A stretch of DNA of 64,000 nt, taken from positions 32,001-96,000 of the IMG/VR virus record IMGVR_UViG_3300028603_000022. The stretch is one strand, 5' to 3'. Both the position numbers and the translations under genes were made by a program. Shown here in pieces: positions 1-7,693 of the stretch (the first letter of the stretch is position 1; each line of letters starts with the position of its first letter). The notes beneath the pieces are model-generated. The model was not told the origin of the DNA. It saw only the letters and a list, made by a program, of their open reading frames with translations, and ran no database searches. This DNA comes from a virus (lineage: Duplodnaviria > Caudoviricetes).

Positions 1-1
1 G

Positions 2-169
2 ACTAAAATCATTACTAATCAAATTAACCAGCATCAATTTAAAGTAAATGAAATGGATCGCCGGTTTGAGGATTTGAATACCTATCAAAAGGAATTAAAC
101 CGTGATGTAAAGGGAATCCTTCGAGAGTTGAGAGGATTTTCTACCTCGCCCTATAGACCTACCAGATAG
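2..169 (+). CDS. 3' end of a hypothetical protein (partial, enters from window edge)
   Basis: Open frame TKIITNQ...SPYRPTR ending at TAG 167-169; not in the ORF track because no start lies in the window. Confidence 0.6.
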   Translation, partial: TKIITNQINQHQFKVNEMDRRFEDLNTYQKELNRDVKGILRELRGFSTSPYRPTR

Positions 170-286
170 ATATCCTATTGAAATCATTGAATTTTCTGGG
201 ATTCTACCATCTTAGCGACTGTTACCATACCGAATCCTACTAGGTGAATCATGTTCTAGGTGTTACTAGAAAATTTATGATTTTTG

Positions 287-315
287 TTGACATTCGATTC
301 TAGATAATCTAATTC
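287..315 (+). promoter_or_regulatory. Candidate promoter for the histone-like gene (TTGACA, 17 nt spacer, TAATTC)
   Basis: Perfect -35 hexamer at 287-292; recurrent TAATTC element at 310-315; strong RBS AGGAGA before ATG 396. Confidence 0.5.
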
Positions 316-395
316 TTTTATGTAAGGGGAAGGTCTTTACAGTTCCAGTGACTTAACCTCGAATATATTTAACCCTATCGATAGGAGATAATACA

Positions 396-929
396 ATGGA
401 ACATTTTGAACTGGTTTTTGAGACTGTCGAAGATATGAGCGAAGCTCGTAAGCCTGCTTCTGCTGCAGCTAAGACCCGCGCTAAGAAGGCGGCTACTGCG
501 AAGAAGAAGAAGCTAGCTAACGAAACTCCGGCTCAGTCCAAGAAGCGTCGCGCTGCTGCCGCTAAGAAGAAGCTCAAGACTGCCGCTGGGAAGAAGATTT
601 CCAAGGCTACTCGTAATAAGCCGAAGTCTGCTGCTCACAAGAAGAAGATTTCGACTGCGATGAAGAAGTATTGGGCTTCGAAGCGCGCTAAGCATCGTCG
701 TAAGACTGCGAAGAAGGCGACCGCGAAGAAGGCCCCGGCTAAGCGTGGACGTCCTGCTAAGAAGACTGCGGCGAAAAAGGCTCCTGCGAAGCGTGGTCGC
801 CCCGCAAAGAAGACCGCTGCTAAGAAGGCGCCGGCTAAGCGCGGTCGTCCGGCGAAGGCGAAGAAGCCTGCTGCGAAGAAGGCAGCTACTAAGAAGGCTG
901 CTCCTAAGCGTCGTCGTAAGTCTATGTAA
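396..929 (+). CDS. Histone H1/HMGA-like basic DNA-binding protein
   Basis: K/A/R/P-rich; three AKKAPAKRGRPAK repeats with AT-hook core RGRP; NUMOD3-like KSAAHKKKISTAMKKYW; acidic 17-aa leader; strongly biased codons (GCT/AAG/CGT). Confidence 0.85.
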   Translation: MEHFELVFETVEDMSEARKPASAAAKTRAKKAATAKKKKLANETPAQSKKRRAAAAKKKLKTAAGKKISKATRNKPKSAAHKKKISTAMKKYWASKRAKHRRKTAKKATAKKAPAKRGRPAKKTAAKKAPAKRGRPAKKTAAKKAPAKRGRPAKAKKPAAKKAATKKAAPKRRRKSM

Positions 930-938
930 TAACGGGTA

Positions 939-968
939 TTACAGTCTATCCTCCTCCCTAGACTGTAA
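939..968 (+). ncRNA. Cuckoo-like hairpin with CCUCCUCCC anti-SD loop (candidate 3'UTR-derived sRNA)
   Basis: Perfect 10-bp stem TTACAGTCTA/TAGACTGTAA around loop TCCTCCTCCC, directly followed by a terminator. Confidence 0.55.
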
Positions 969-972
969 CGTG

Positions 973-1014
973 AGGGCGGTGAATCCGAAAGGGTCCACCG
1001 CCCTTATTGTATTT
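973..1014 (+). terminator. Intrinsic terminator after the histone-like gene
   Basis: AGGGCGGTG/CACCGCCCT stem with GAAA-containing loop and T-rich tail. Confidence 0.75.
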
Positions 1015-1073
1015 CTAGAGTAATCCACCGTGTAATATCCTAATTCTTGACTATATAGTCTCTTGGAGTAACT

Positions 1074-2417
1074 TTGTTGGCTACTTGGTGGAAAAATCTT
1101 TCTTTGGATGAAAAGAAAGCTTATCTTAAAGAACACCCTAACTCGAAAAAGAAGATTTCTACGCCTAAAAAGGTTTCTTCCGGTGGGAATGCCCAACCTC
1201 GACGTAAACTTTCTGAATCTGAAAGAGAAAGAGCTTTAAAATATTTAAAAACTAATGGGTATACTGTTAAGCAAGCAGTTTCTGGTTCTTTAGATGAAAT
1301 GCAACGCAATTTTGAAACCAAAATTGAGCGTCTAGAAAATAAACAAGTCACTAATCTGTATAATAATACAGTTAAAGCCGTTAAACTAGATTCCAAACAC
1401 GCTATATCTAATACAAAGCAATTATTATCTGTATATGGATTTGTATTATTAGCTTCTGTAGCTCTATCTGTGGTAGTTGGGGCTGATGTATCTACCTCTG
1501 CTGCTCATATAGTTGGTGGATTCGGCGATGAAATTAAAAATCATACTCGCGATGTTATGCAAGAACTTAAAGCTCTAGACGAAGAAGAGGCTCAACAAGA
1601 ATTTCAAAATGACGCTGAGAGGGATAAATATAAAGCAGAAATGGCTGAACGCCGCCGTAGAGCTAAAATAGCTTACCTTAAGCGGGTTCATGAAGATATG
1701 ATGGCTAAGGCTAAAGAAAATCTAGATGATCCCGATAAAGTAACAGAATCCCTTAGAAAATCAGATAAGCCAGTTACTCCATCAGCTAATGTATCTACTG
1801 AAACAGCAAATACTTTTAGAAGCTCAAATATAAAGAACACTGTTATGAAAGAAAAGATTTCTATTACTTCCTCACATGAAACTGATCTTCTTAAAGCTCT
1901 AATAAAGCTAGAGAAGGCTGACATTGAAAGTAAAGAAGACGATTCTCATGAGAATCTTTTAGATCATATTGATTACCTAGAGAGCTGTATACCTACAGCA
2001 GCTACTATAATGGTGGCGTCTATAGGAAAGCCGTCTATTCTTACACGAGCTAAATACATGCTCAACAAGTGTAATGAAGAACTTGCTGCCTCCAAAATCT
2101 TACTTAATAAATCTGCTGAAAAGGCATCACTAAAAAAGTCTTCCTTGGATTTCTTTCTTAAAAAGAATCTTAAACCTAAAGAGTATAGATACGAACAGGC
2201 TTATGTTTTAGATAATGAAGAAATAAAAGCTTGTGAACACCACATACTTAATGGTGTTGAAACAGCTTCTTATACTCATAATAAAATAGAAATATATAGC
2301 TTTGTTGAGGGTAATACGATTAATCTATCTTTGGTAAAGGATTCAAACTTTATGCCCAAATCCTTTTCAAGTATTAAACCAAGAGAATTAGCTGCTTGGT
2401 TGAAAGAACATATCTAA
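1074..2417 (+). CDS. Hypothetical, probably virion-associated protein with one hydrophobic segment
   Basis: 447 aa; TTG start with GGAG RBS; N-terminal WWKNLS..EKKAYLKEHPNSK motif of a kind seen in large-phage proteins; hydrophobic LLSVYGFVLLASVALSVVVG; ETA sites. Confidence 0.7.
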   Translation: MLATWWKNLSLDEKKAYLKEHPNSKKKISTPKKVSSGGNAQPRRKLSESERERALKYLKTNGYTVKQAVSGSLDEMQRNFETKIERLENKQVTNLYNNTVKAVKLDSKHAISNTKQLLSVYGFVLLASVALSVVVGADVSTSAAHIVGGFGDEIKNHTRDVMQELKALDEEEAQQEFQNDAERDKYKAEMAERRRRAKIAYLKRVHEDMMAKAKENLDDPDKVTESLRKSDKPVTPSANVSTETANTFRSSNIKNTVMKEKISITSSHETDLLKALIKLEKADIESKEDDSHENLLDHIDYLESCIPTAATIMVASIGKPSILTRAKYMLNKCNEELAASKILLNKSAEKASLKKSSLDFFLKKNLKPKEYRYEQAYVLDNEEIKACEHHILNGVETASYTHNKIEIYSFVEGNTINLSLVKDSNFMPKSFSSIKPRELAAWLKEHI

Positions 2418-2429
2418 GGTAATTTCGCT

Positions 2430-3545
2430 ATGGAAATTAACAAAGGTAAGCAATATACAATCGGTACAAAGTTCTCCTATAAAGGAGCGCCGGCGGTGTT
2501 CAATCAACCGCCGCTATGGACTATATATACTGAAACAGACGATTCTCTGTTATCACAACCTGCTTTACAGGTAGGTAACAGATGGAATGCGGTATTCACC
2601 ATACCTACAAACTATATCGTACCAAACGGTAAAGAAGATTTAACCATACAATTTCATGGTACTGACAGCAAAGGACGTACCTACGTAGCGGATAAACTAT
2701 TAACTATTTTTGATAACACAGAGTTTTTTACACCTAATGGGGTGTTTTTTAACTACATAACTGATGAAAGTATAGAAGACTATTTAATAACCAATAGTGA
2801 TGAAGCAGATTTTGATATCCGAATATTTGATTCGTTTGGGGAACAGGTTCAGCATACCTCTCTAACTAATCAAACTGCGGTATCGGCTAACTCTAATGGT
2901 TATAAATATGATTTTAATCTACCACCTTTGGTAATAGATAAGAATGTCTGGCTAGACCCTTTTAATATTGTATATCGTATTACAACAGCTTCTGGAACAT
3001 ATACAGAAACTCATCCACTATTCATTCTAGACTTCAAAGTCATCAATGTAGTTAATGAACTACAAACTATGTTGGATAAATCCAAGCTAATAGAAGTCGA
3101 TCCTTCTCTACAATGGCATAATGTAGAGCTTATTCAAGCTGTTCTAGCAGGAGTAAAAAGGATTAATGCTTCTCCGCCGGAAGTTACTTTGTGGAAGCTT
3201 CACGATTTCCCTAGCGGACTAGACAGGTTTCTTACTATCGCCGCGGCTATTTATTCTCTTGAATCCAGATTCCTAGCAGAAGGTCTTAATGCTTTCGATT
3301 TCCAAGGATTAAACTCACAACTAAACTATAATAGAACTGAATATCTATCTCAATTGTTGGATAGGTATAACGCAGTTCTAGACCAATTACCGCTAGCTAA
3401 GAAATCCGCAATATTAACAAATGGTAAGGGTGAAATAGCTGGTAATGAAGTAGACAAAAGAGTACGTAATATCGGAACATTGGGTCTAGGTGTTAATACT
3501 CTTAATAACCGAATAGGGTATAATCGCTTTAGGCGGTTCTACTAA
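2430..3545 (+). CDS. Putative virion structural protein (head-tail connector-like)
   Basis: 371 aa; beta-rich N-terminus, helical C-terminus; lies in head gene region. Confidence 0.55.
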   Translation: MEINKGKQYTIGTKFSYKGAPAVFNQPPLWTIYTETDDSLLSQPALQVGNRWNAVFTIPTNYIVPNGKEDLTIQFHGTDSKGRTYVADKLLTIFDNTEFFTPNGVFFNYITDESIEDYLITNSDEADFDIRIFDSFGEQVQHTSLTNQTAVSANSNGYKYDFNLPPLVIDKNVWLDPFNIVYRITTASGTYTETHPLFILDFKVINVVNELQTMLDKSKLIEVDPSLQWHNVELIQAVLAGVKRINASPPEVTLWKLHDFPSGLDRFLTIAAAIYSLESRFLAEGLNAFDFQGLNSQLNYNRTEYLSQLLDRYNAVLDQLPLAKKSAILTNGKGEIAGNEVDKRVRNIGTLGLGVNTLNNRIGYNRFRRFY

Positions 3546-3569
3546 ATTCTCAACTTAGAGGTATATAAA

Positions 3570-4361
3570 ATGACTCGTTTAAATAGCAATGTTTATGAGA
3601 AGATTAACGCGCGTAGGGCTACTCGTAACAGTTTCCCTGTTGAGTTACAGAAGATTCGTATGATCGACGTGGCGTCTTCGCGAATCGTAGTTAAGATTGA
3701 TTCAGTCTTTCATGATCGTCTTAATGAGGAGACAGCTTCAGCGTCTATTTCTAGTCTAGGCGTTCGTTACTTACCTAATTCACTGCATAAAGTGTCTATG
3801 ACTGATCCTACTCTGTTTGGAGCTTTCGTAGCGCAGAATCGTGAAACTATGTCTATGGTCGATGCTAAGGAAATGGCATCAGCCGGTACTATGTCACAGG
3901 TTAGTGATACAGTATTTCAGGACACTAATGATAACATCTGGTCTGTAGTTAGTGATGGGGATACTGCCTACCTAGTTAAGCAGCAGGAAGAAGATATTGG
4001 TGCGCTTCTTAGTGCGCAGCATGCTAGGGCAATTGCTACAGCTTCACATTCTGTTAACATGTTTGAGGACTACGGGCCTGGTATTCCAGTTGTTTACTAT
4101 GATACTCGTAAGGAAGAACTTGCTTTCGGTATTGGTGTCTCTGGAACTAGTCTTTATAATCCAGAGTCTAACAAACTTGTAGAAGTAGCGTCTGACTATG
4201 TAGTCGGGGCCTGGGATGGTCGTACAGTAAACACTTCCGAAGTTGCAGCAGCCACTGTTTCAAAAGAAGAAATTCTTGCTTACTACAGCAAACTTTACGC
4301 GCATAACAAGGAATTTCTGGCAGAAATCAAAGACATTATTTATAATGGCGTCAATGTCTAA
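3570..4361 (+). CDS. Putative head/virion protein
   Basis: 263 aa; GAGG RBS; several ETAS/EVAS/EVAA sites; followed by terminator. Confidence 0.65.
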   Translation: MTRLNSNVYEKINARRATRNSFPVELQKIRMIDVASSRIVVKIDSVFHDRLNEETASASISSLGVRYLPNSLHKVSMTDPTLFGAFVAQNRETMSMVDAKEMASAGTMSQVSDTVFQDTNDNIWSVVSDGDTAYLVKQQEEDIGALLSAQHARAIATASHSVNMFEDYGPGIPVVYYDTRKEELAFGIGVSGTSLYNPESNKLVEVASDYVVGAWDGRTVNTSEVAAATVSKEEILAYYSKLYAHNKEFLAEIKDIIYNGVNV

Positions 4362-4365
4362 TAAA

Positions 4366-4397
4366 AAGAGGGTTGGTAATAACTACCAACCCCTTTC
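4366..4397 (+). terminator. Putative intrinsic terminator
   Basis: GGGTTGGTA/TACCAACCC stem, A-run before and TTT after. Confidence 0.6.
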
Positions 4398-4414
4398 CTG
4401 TCAGGAGAAGTCAT

Positions 4415-5968
4415 ATGTTTGATATAAAAAGACTTTTATCCTACGCTTATCCTGAAGCTTTAGTAGAAGTTTCCACAGCTATTAATGGATTAGACCAAAA
4501 TGTGTCTATCTCCAATATTGATAAGGATAATGCTAGGTATTTAACCTCTATTATGGAGGCGGCTGGGTACATTTATCAGGAGTCTGATAAAGAGGTAGCT
4601 AACCTTGGAGTTTATGAATTTACCAATGTAAGCCTTTATGAAGATTTAATCGAAGAAGCAACTATGGAGGATGGTAGTGAACACGAAACCGATTATATTG
4701 AGGATAATGGATCGGACTTTGCTGGGAGTGAGTTGTCTAATTCTGCTGTTACATCTATTGACGGAGATGGTAGGGCCTTCCGCGTATTAACTAACCCTGA
4801 AATGCACAAATTCGCCATGAAAGTTTATACCGGAATGCTCGGTAATAACGAAAACATGGCGAATTACGGTATTTTTGCATATGACCTAGATAATTTCTTG
4901 TCTATGCATCAGAATACTAATACATCTTTTGACGATGATGAAGAAGAAAGTGGCGAAGACGAAAGTATTTCCGTACCTGAATCCGCCTCTATTCTTACCG
5001 TAGCTGAATTAGCGGATACTCTATTTAACGCTAATGCTGATGAGTTTCTAACTGTATTCGGTAAACATATACCAGAAACTGCTAATAATAAGTTTATCGG
5101 TAAGATTATTCTAGGTATTCTAGTCAAGGTTGTAGGAGGAGCTGTAGGTAAAGCCCTTCTTAATGCTTGGGAACGTAGAAACAAGGGAGCTTTTGAGCGA
5201 ATACTGTTTAGTATAGTTTCTATTATAGTCAGAGATTGGTTCCCCGAAGAAGCTTATTCTTACAAGTCTGACGTGCAGAAGTATAAGGAATATGAATTTG
5301 ACGATGACTATAAGTACGACATTGATCTGGACGACTATACCGTAGAAAAGGCCGAAGCTTTACTAGAAAGTGAAGGCTTTGTAGAAGGTTCAGAAGTTGC
5401 TCTAAGCCCCGCTTCTATCGGTATTCTTAGACTTCTTATAGCAGTCTTTATTAAGATCATGGCTGGCGCTCTAGGTCGTATGCTTATTGATACTTGGATC
5501 AAGAGAGATAAGAAGCGATTTGAACGCACCTTAATGTACTTCATGTTAGAAGCTATCAAGTACGTTCCTTTCAAGAAGTACATGGAATCAGCTTCTGTAG
5601 AACTATACGATGATGGTCTTCTCTTAGATTACGCCAATTTTACTGATGAATCAGAAATTGAAGGTTCTGAAACGGCGCGTAAAAAGAAAGAAAAGACTGG
5701 TAGAGGGGCGTTACTTAGTGCTCTTATGCGAGCTATGTCTGGTGATACTGGAGATAGAGCAGCTAAAGCCTGGGATAATGGTGACATGGACGCCATGGTT
5801 GAAATCATGGGTAGTGTTACTGAAAAAGTCCTAGAATCTATGCCTTATGATGAAAGTAACGATGATTCTAGTGAAGAAGAGCCTGATTCATCGGAAGTTG
5901 AAACTACTGAAACTACTGAAACTACTGAAACTATTCCTGATACTACAAGTCAAATAGATGACGTGTAA
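4415..5968 (+). CDS. Acidic protein with repeated amphipathic modules (candidate processed polyprotein)
   Basis: ATG 4415 with AGGAG RBS preferred to TTG 4373; three GxxGx6Wx3[DN] repeats, each preceded by ETA/EVA. Confidence 0.8.
   Translation: MFDIKRLLSYAYPEALVEVSTAINGLDQNVSISNIDKDNARYLTSIMEAAGYIYQESDKEVANLGVYEFTNVSLYEDLIEEATMEDGSEHETDYIEDNGSDFAGSELSNSAVTSIDGDGRAFRVLTNPEMHKFAMKVYTGMLGNNENMANYGIFAYDLDNFLSMHQNTNTSFDDDEEESGEDESISVPESASILTVAELADTLFNANADEFLTVFGKHIPETANNKFIGKIILGILVKVVGGAVGKALLNAWERRNKGAFERILFSIVSIIVRDWFPEEAYSYKSDVQKYKEYEFDDDYKYDIDLDDYTVEKAEALLESEGFVEGSEVALSPASIGILRLLIAVFIKIMAGALGRMLIDTWIKRDKKRFERTLMYFMLEAIKYVPFKKYMESASVELYDDGLLLDYANFTDESEIEGSETARKKKEKTGRGALLSALMRAMSGDTGDRAAKAWDNGDMDAMVEIMGSVTEKVLESMPYDESNDDSSEEEPDSSEVETTETTETTETIPDTTSQIDDV
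5900..5932 (+). repeat. 9-bp tandem repeat GAAACTACT (ETT repeats)
   Basis: Three full copies plus a partial copy near the 3' end of the CDS. Confidence 0.85.
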
Positions 5969-5975
5969 TTAAACT

Positions 5976-6704
5976 ATGAAAAAGAATAAACAAAAATCAG
6001 GTTTTGCTGAAGGACGGTCTAAAAATAGACCGTCCATTTCTTCGCCTGATAAAAATATAAAACACGAAAAGAAAATTAACAAATTAAACAAAGCTAAAGA
6101 TGAATTAGCAGAAGTTCTAAAGGGCGCCGGATTGGTAGGCTCTGACGGAATTGAATCAGAAGTGTCTCGTTTCCAAAAAGAAATGAAGACAGTTCGTAAG
6201 ATAGTATCTAATAAGAATGATGATGACATTAATACCGAAGTATTGAACAAACTTATGCTTCGTTCTATGCTAGCCATGACTTTAGACGTACTTCCATTGG
6301 CTGAAAAAGCCTTCCGTTCGTCTATGAAAGAGAATGCAGCTTATGCTCTAATCGCCTTGATAAAAGAAGCTAAAGAAATATCTACTGAATTGAATATGAT
6401 AGGCAACGTAGAGAATCAATCCTCTTTTATAAAAGAATCTATTGTAACCCCCTTATTCAATGCTATGGCTCAGCATTTTCTTCAAGAAATGTTGTCTATG
6501 AAATCTAATATAGACACAGAATTAGCTAATAAACCTAAAACTGGACGTAGATTGAAACGTCAATTGGATGAAGTAATGAAAGCCATTGGTATGTTCATGA
6601 CTCAATCCAATGATAAGATAGCTGAAAATATACACTTATACCTATCTGGTCAAATGGCTGACATACTAGGACCGTCTACAAAGAAGCGTAAGAAAAAAGT
6701 TTGA
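5976..6704 (+). CDS. Hypothetical helical protein
   Basis: 242 aa; basic termini; abuts the HNH gene. Confidence 0.7.
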   Translation: MKKNKQKSGFAEGRSKNRPSISSPDKNIKHEKKINKLNKAKDELAEVLKGAGLVGSDGIESEVSRFQKEMKTVRKIVSNKNDDDINTEVLNKLMLRSMLAMTLDVLPLAEKAFRSSMKENAAYALIALIKEAKEISTELNMIGNVENQSSFIKESIVTPLFNAMAQHFLQEMLSMKSNIDTELANKPKTGRRLKRQLDEVMKAIGMFMTQSNDKIAENIHLYLSGQMADILGPSTKKRKKKV

Positions 6705-6705
6705 T

Positions 6706-7080
6706 ATGGCTAAAGTAGGTAGACCTAATTTCAGACCTAAGATAAAAACTGGTCGATCTTTTGCTAAATCTAGTAAGTCTAAGTTTCCCAATAAGGAATG
6801 GTACGGTGATGACTGGCAAACTCTATCTTCCTATGTTAAACAAAGGGATAACTATACGTGTAGAGCTAATCAGTTAGGATTGCCTACTTGTAATGTTAGG
6901 TATCCACCGCCTTTCTCCAATCTCTTGCATGCTCACCATATAGTACCATTACCTAAAGGCCCCAATCACCCAAAGAACATAATCACGTTATGCGTAAATT
7001 GCCATAATCGTATTCATGATCGTCAAATAGGTAAACCTATAACAAATAAACAGAAACAGGCTGCTAAACGGTTTTTATGA
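6706..7080 (+). CDS. HNH endonuclease
   Basis: RDNYTC...HAHHIVP...NIITLCVNCHNRIH. Confidence 0.9.
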   Translation: MAKVGRPNFRPKIKTGRSFAKSSKSKFPNKEWYGDDWQTLSSYVKQRDNYTCRANQLGLPTCNVRYPPPFSNLLHAHHIVPLPKGPNHPKNIITLCVNCHNRIHDRQIGKPITNKQKQAAKRFL

Positions 7081-7089
7081 GGATTCCAA

Positions 7090-7521
7090 ATGTCAACTTT
7101 ATACGATAAAATTTCCCTTCTACTTAAGTCCATTGAAAAAGCAACTCCAGAAGGTCCAGAAGAAGAAAACTTAGAATACTATCAGGACGTAATTGAGGGT
7201 GTAATCAATTATTATGAAGGTGTTCTAAATAGAGCCAACGATATAGTAGATCGTAATAAAAATAAAATATTCAGGGACGTTCTTGATTTAAACACCCGCG
7301 GGGAAATGGAACGCGCTATGCGTGCGTATACAAAATCTTACCTATTGTGTCTTCCTATATCTATTGAAGCTACATCTGAACTAGCTAAAGAGCTTATTCA
7401 AATGTGTAAAGTGTATAAAATAGATCCACCTAAAGACTGGGAAGATGTAGCTAAGTTCAATACAGATATAGGTAGAGTTAAAACTAAGCTTAAGTATATT
7501 AGAGAAACTATAGAGCTTTAG
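7090..7521 (+). CDS. Hypothetical protein
   Basis: 143 aa; GAGG RBS; leader ending IEKA. Confidence 0.7.
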   Translation: MSTLYDKISLLLKSIEKATPEGPEEENLEYYQDVIEGVINYYEGVLNRANDIVDRNKNKIFRDVLDLNTRGEMERAMRAYTKSYLLCLPISIEATSELAKELIQMCKVYKIDPPKDWEDVAKFNTDIGRVKTKLKYIRETIEL

Positions 7522-7597
7522 ATAGACAAATCGAGTTTTAGTGAATACATTACCATAACTACTTGAAACGTTTGAACTATTTTACAGCTAAACCACC

Positions 7598-7634
7598 TTG
7601 ACTTTACCTTTAATACCGTGTATATTACTAATTC
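7598..7634 (+). promoter_or_regulatory. sigma70-type promoter plus TAATTC element upstream of the SNF2 gene
   Basis: TTGACT (7598-7603), 17 nt spacer, TATATT (7621-7626), then TAATTC 7629-7634. Confidence 0.6.
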
Positions 7635-7693
7635 CTTTTGAGATAGTCTTGAAAGGCTACATACGGTTTATAAAACTTGCTAGAGGTTGACCA

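Noticed and set aside
6706-7080. HNH as a mobile homing endonuclease or intron ORF
   Set aside because: Compact stand-alone gene abutting its neighbours and interrupting no recognisable gene; a packaging-associated role is at least as likely
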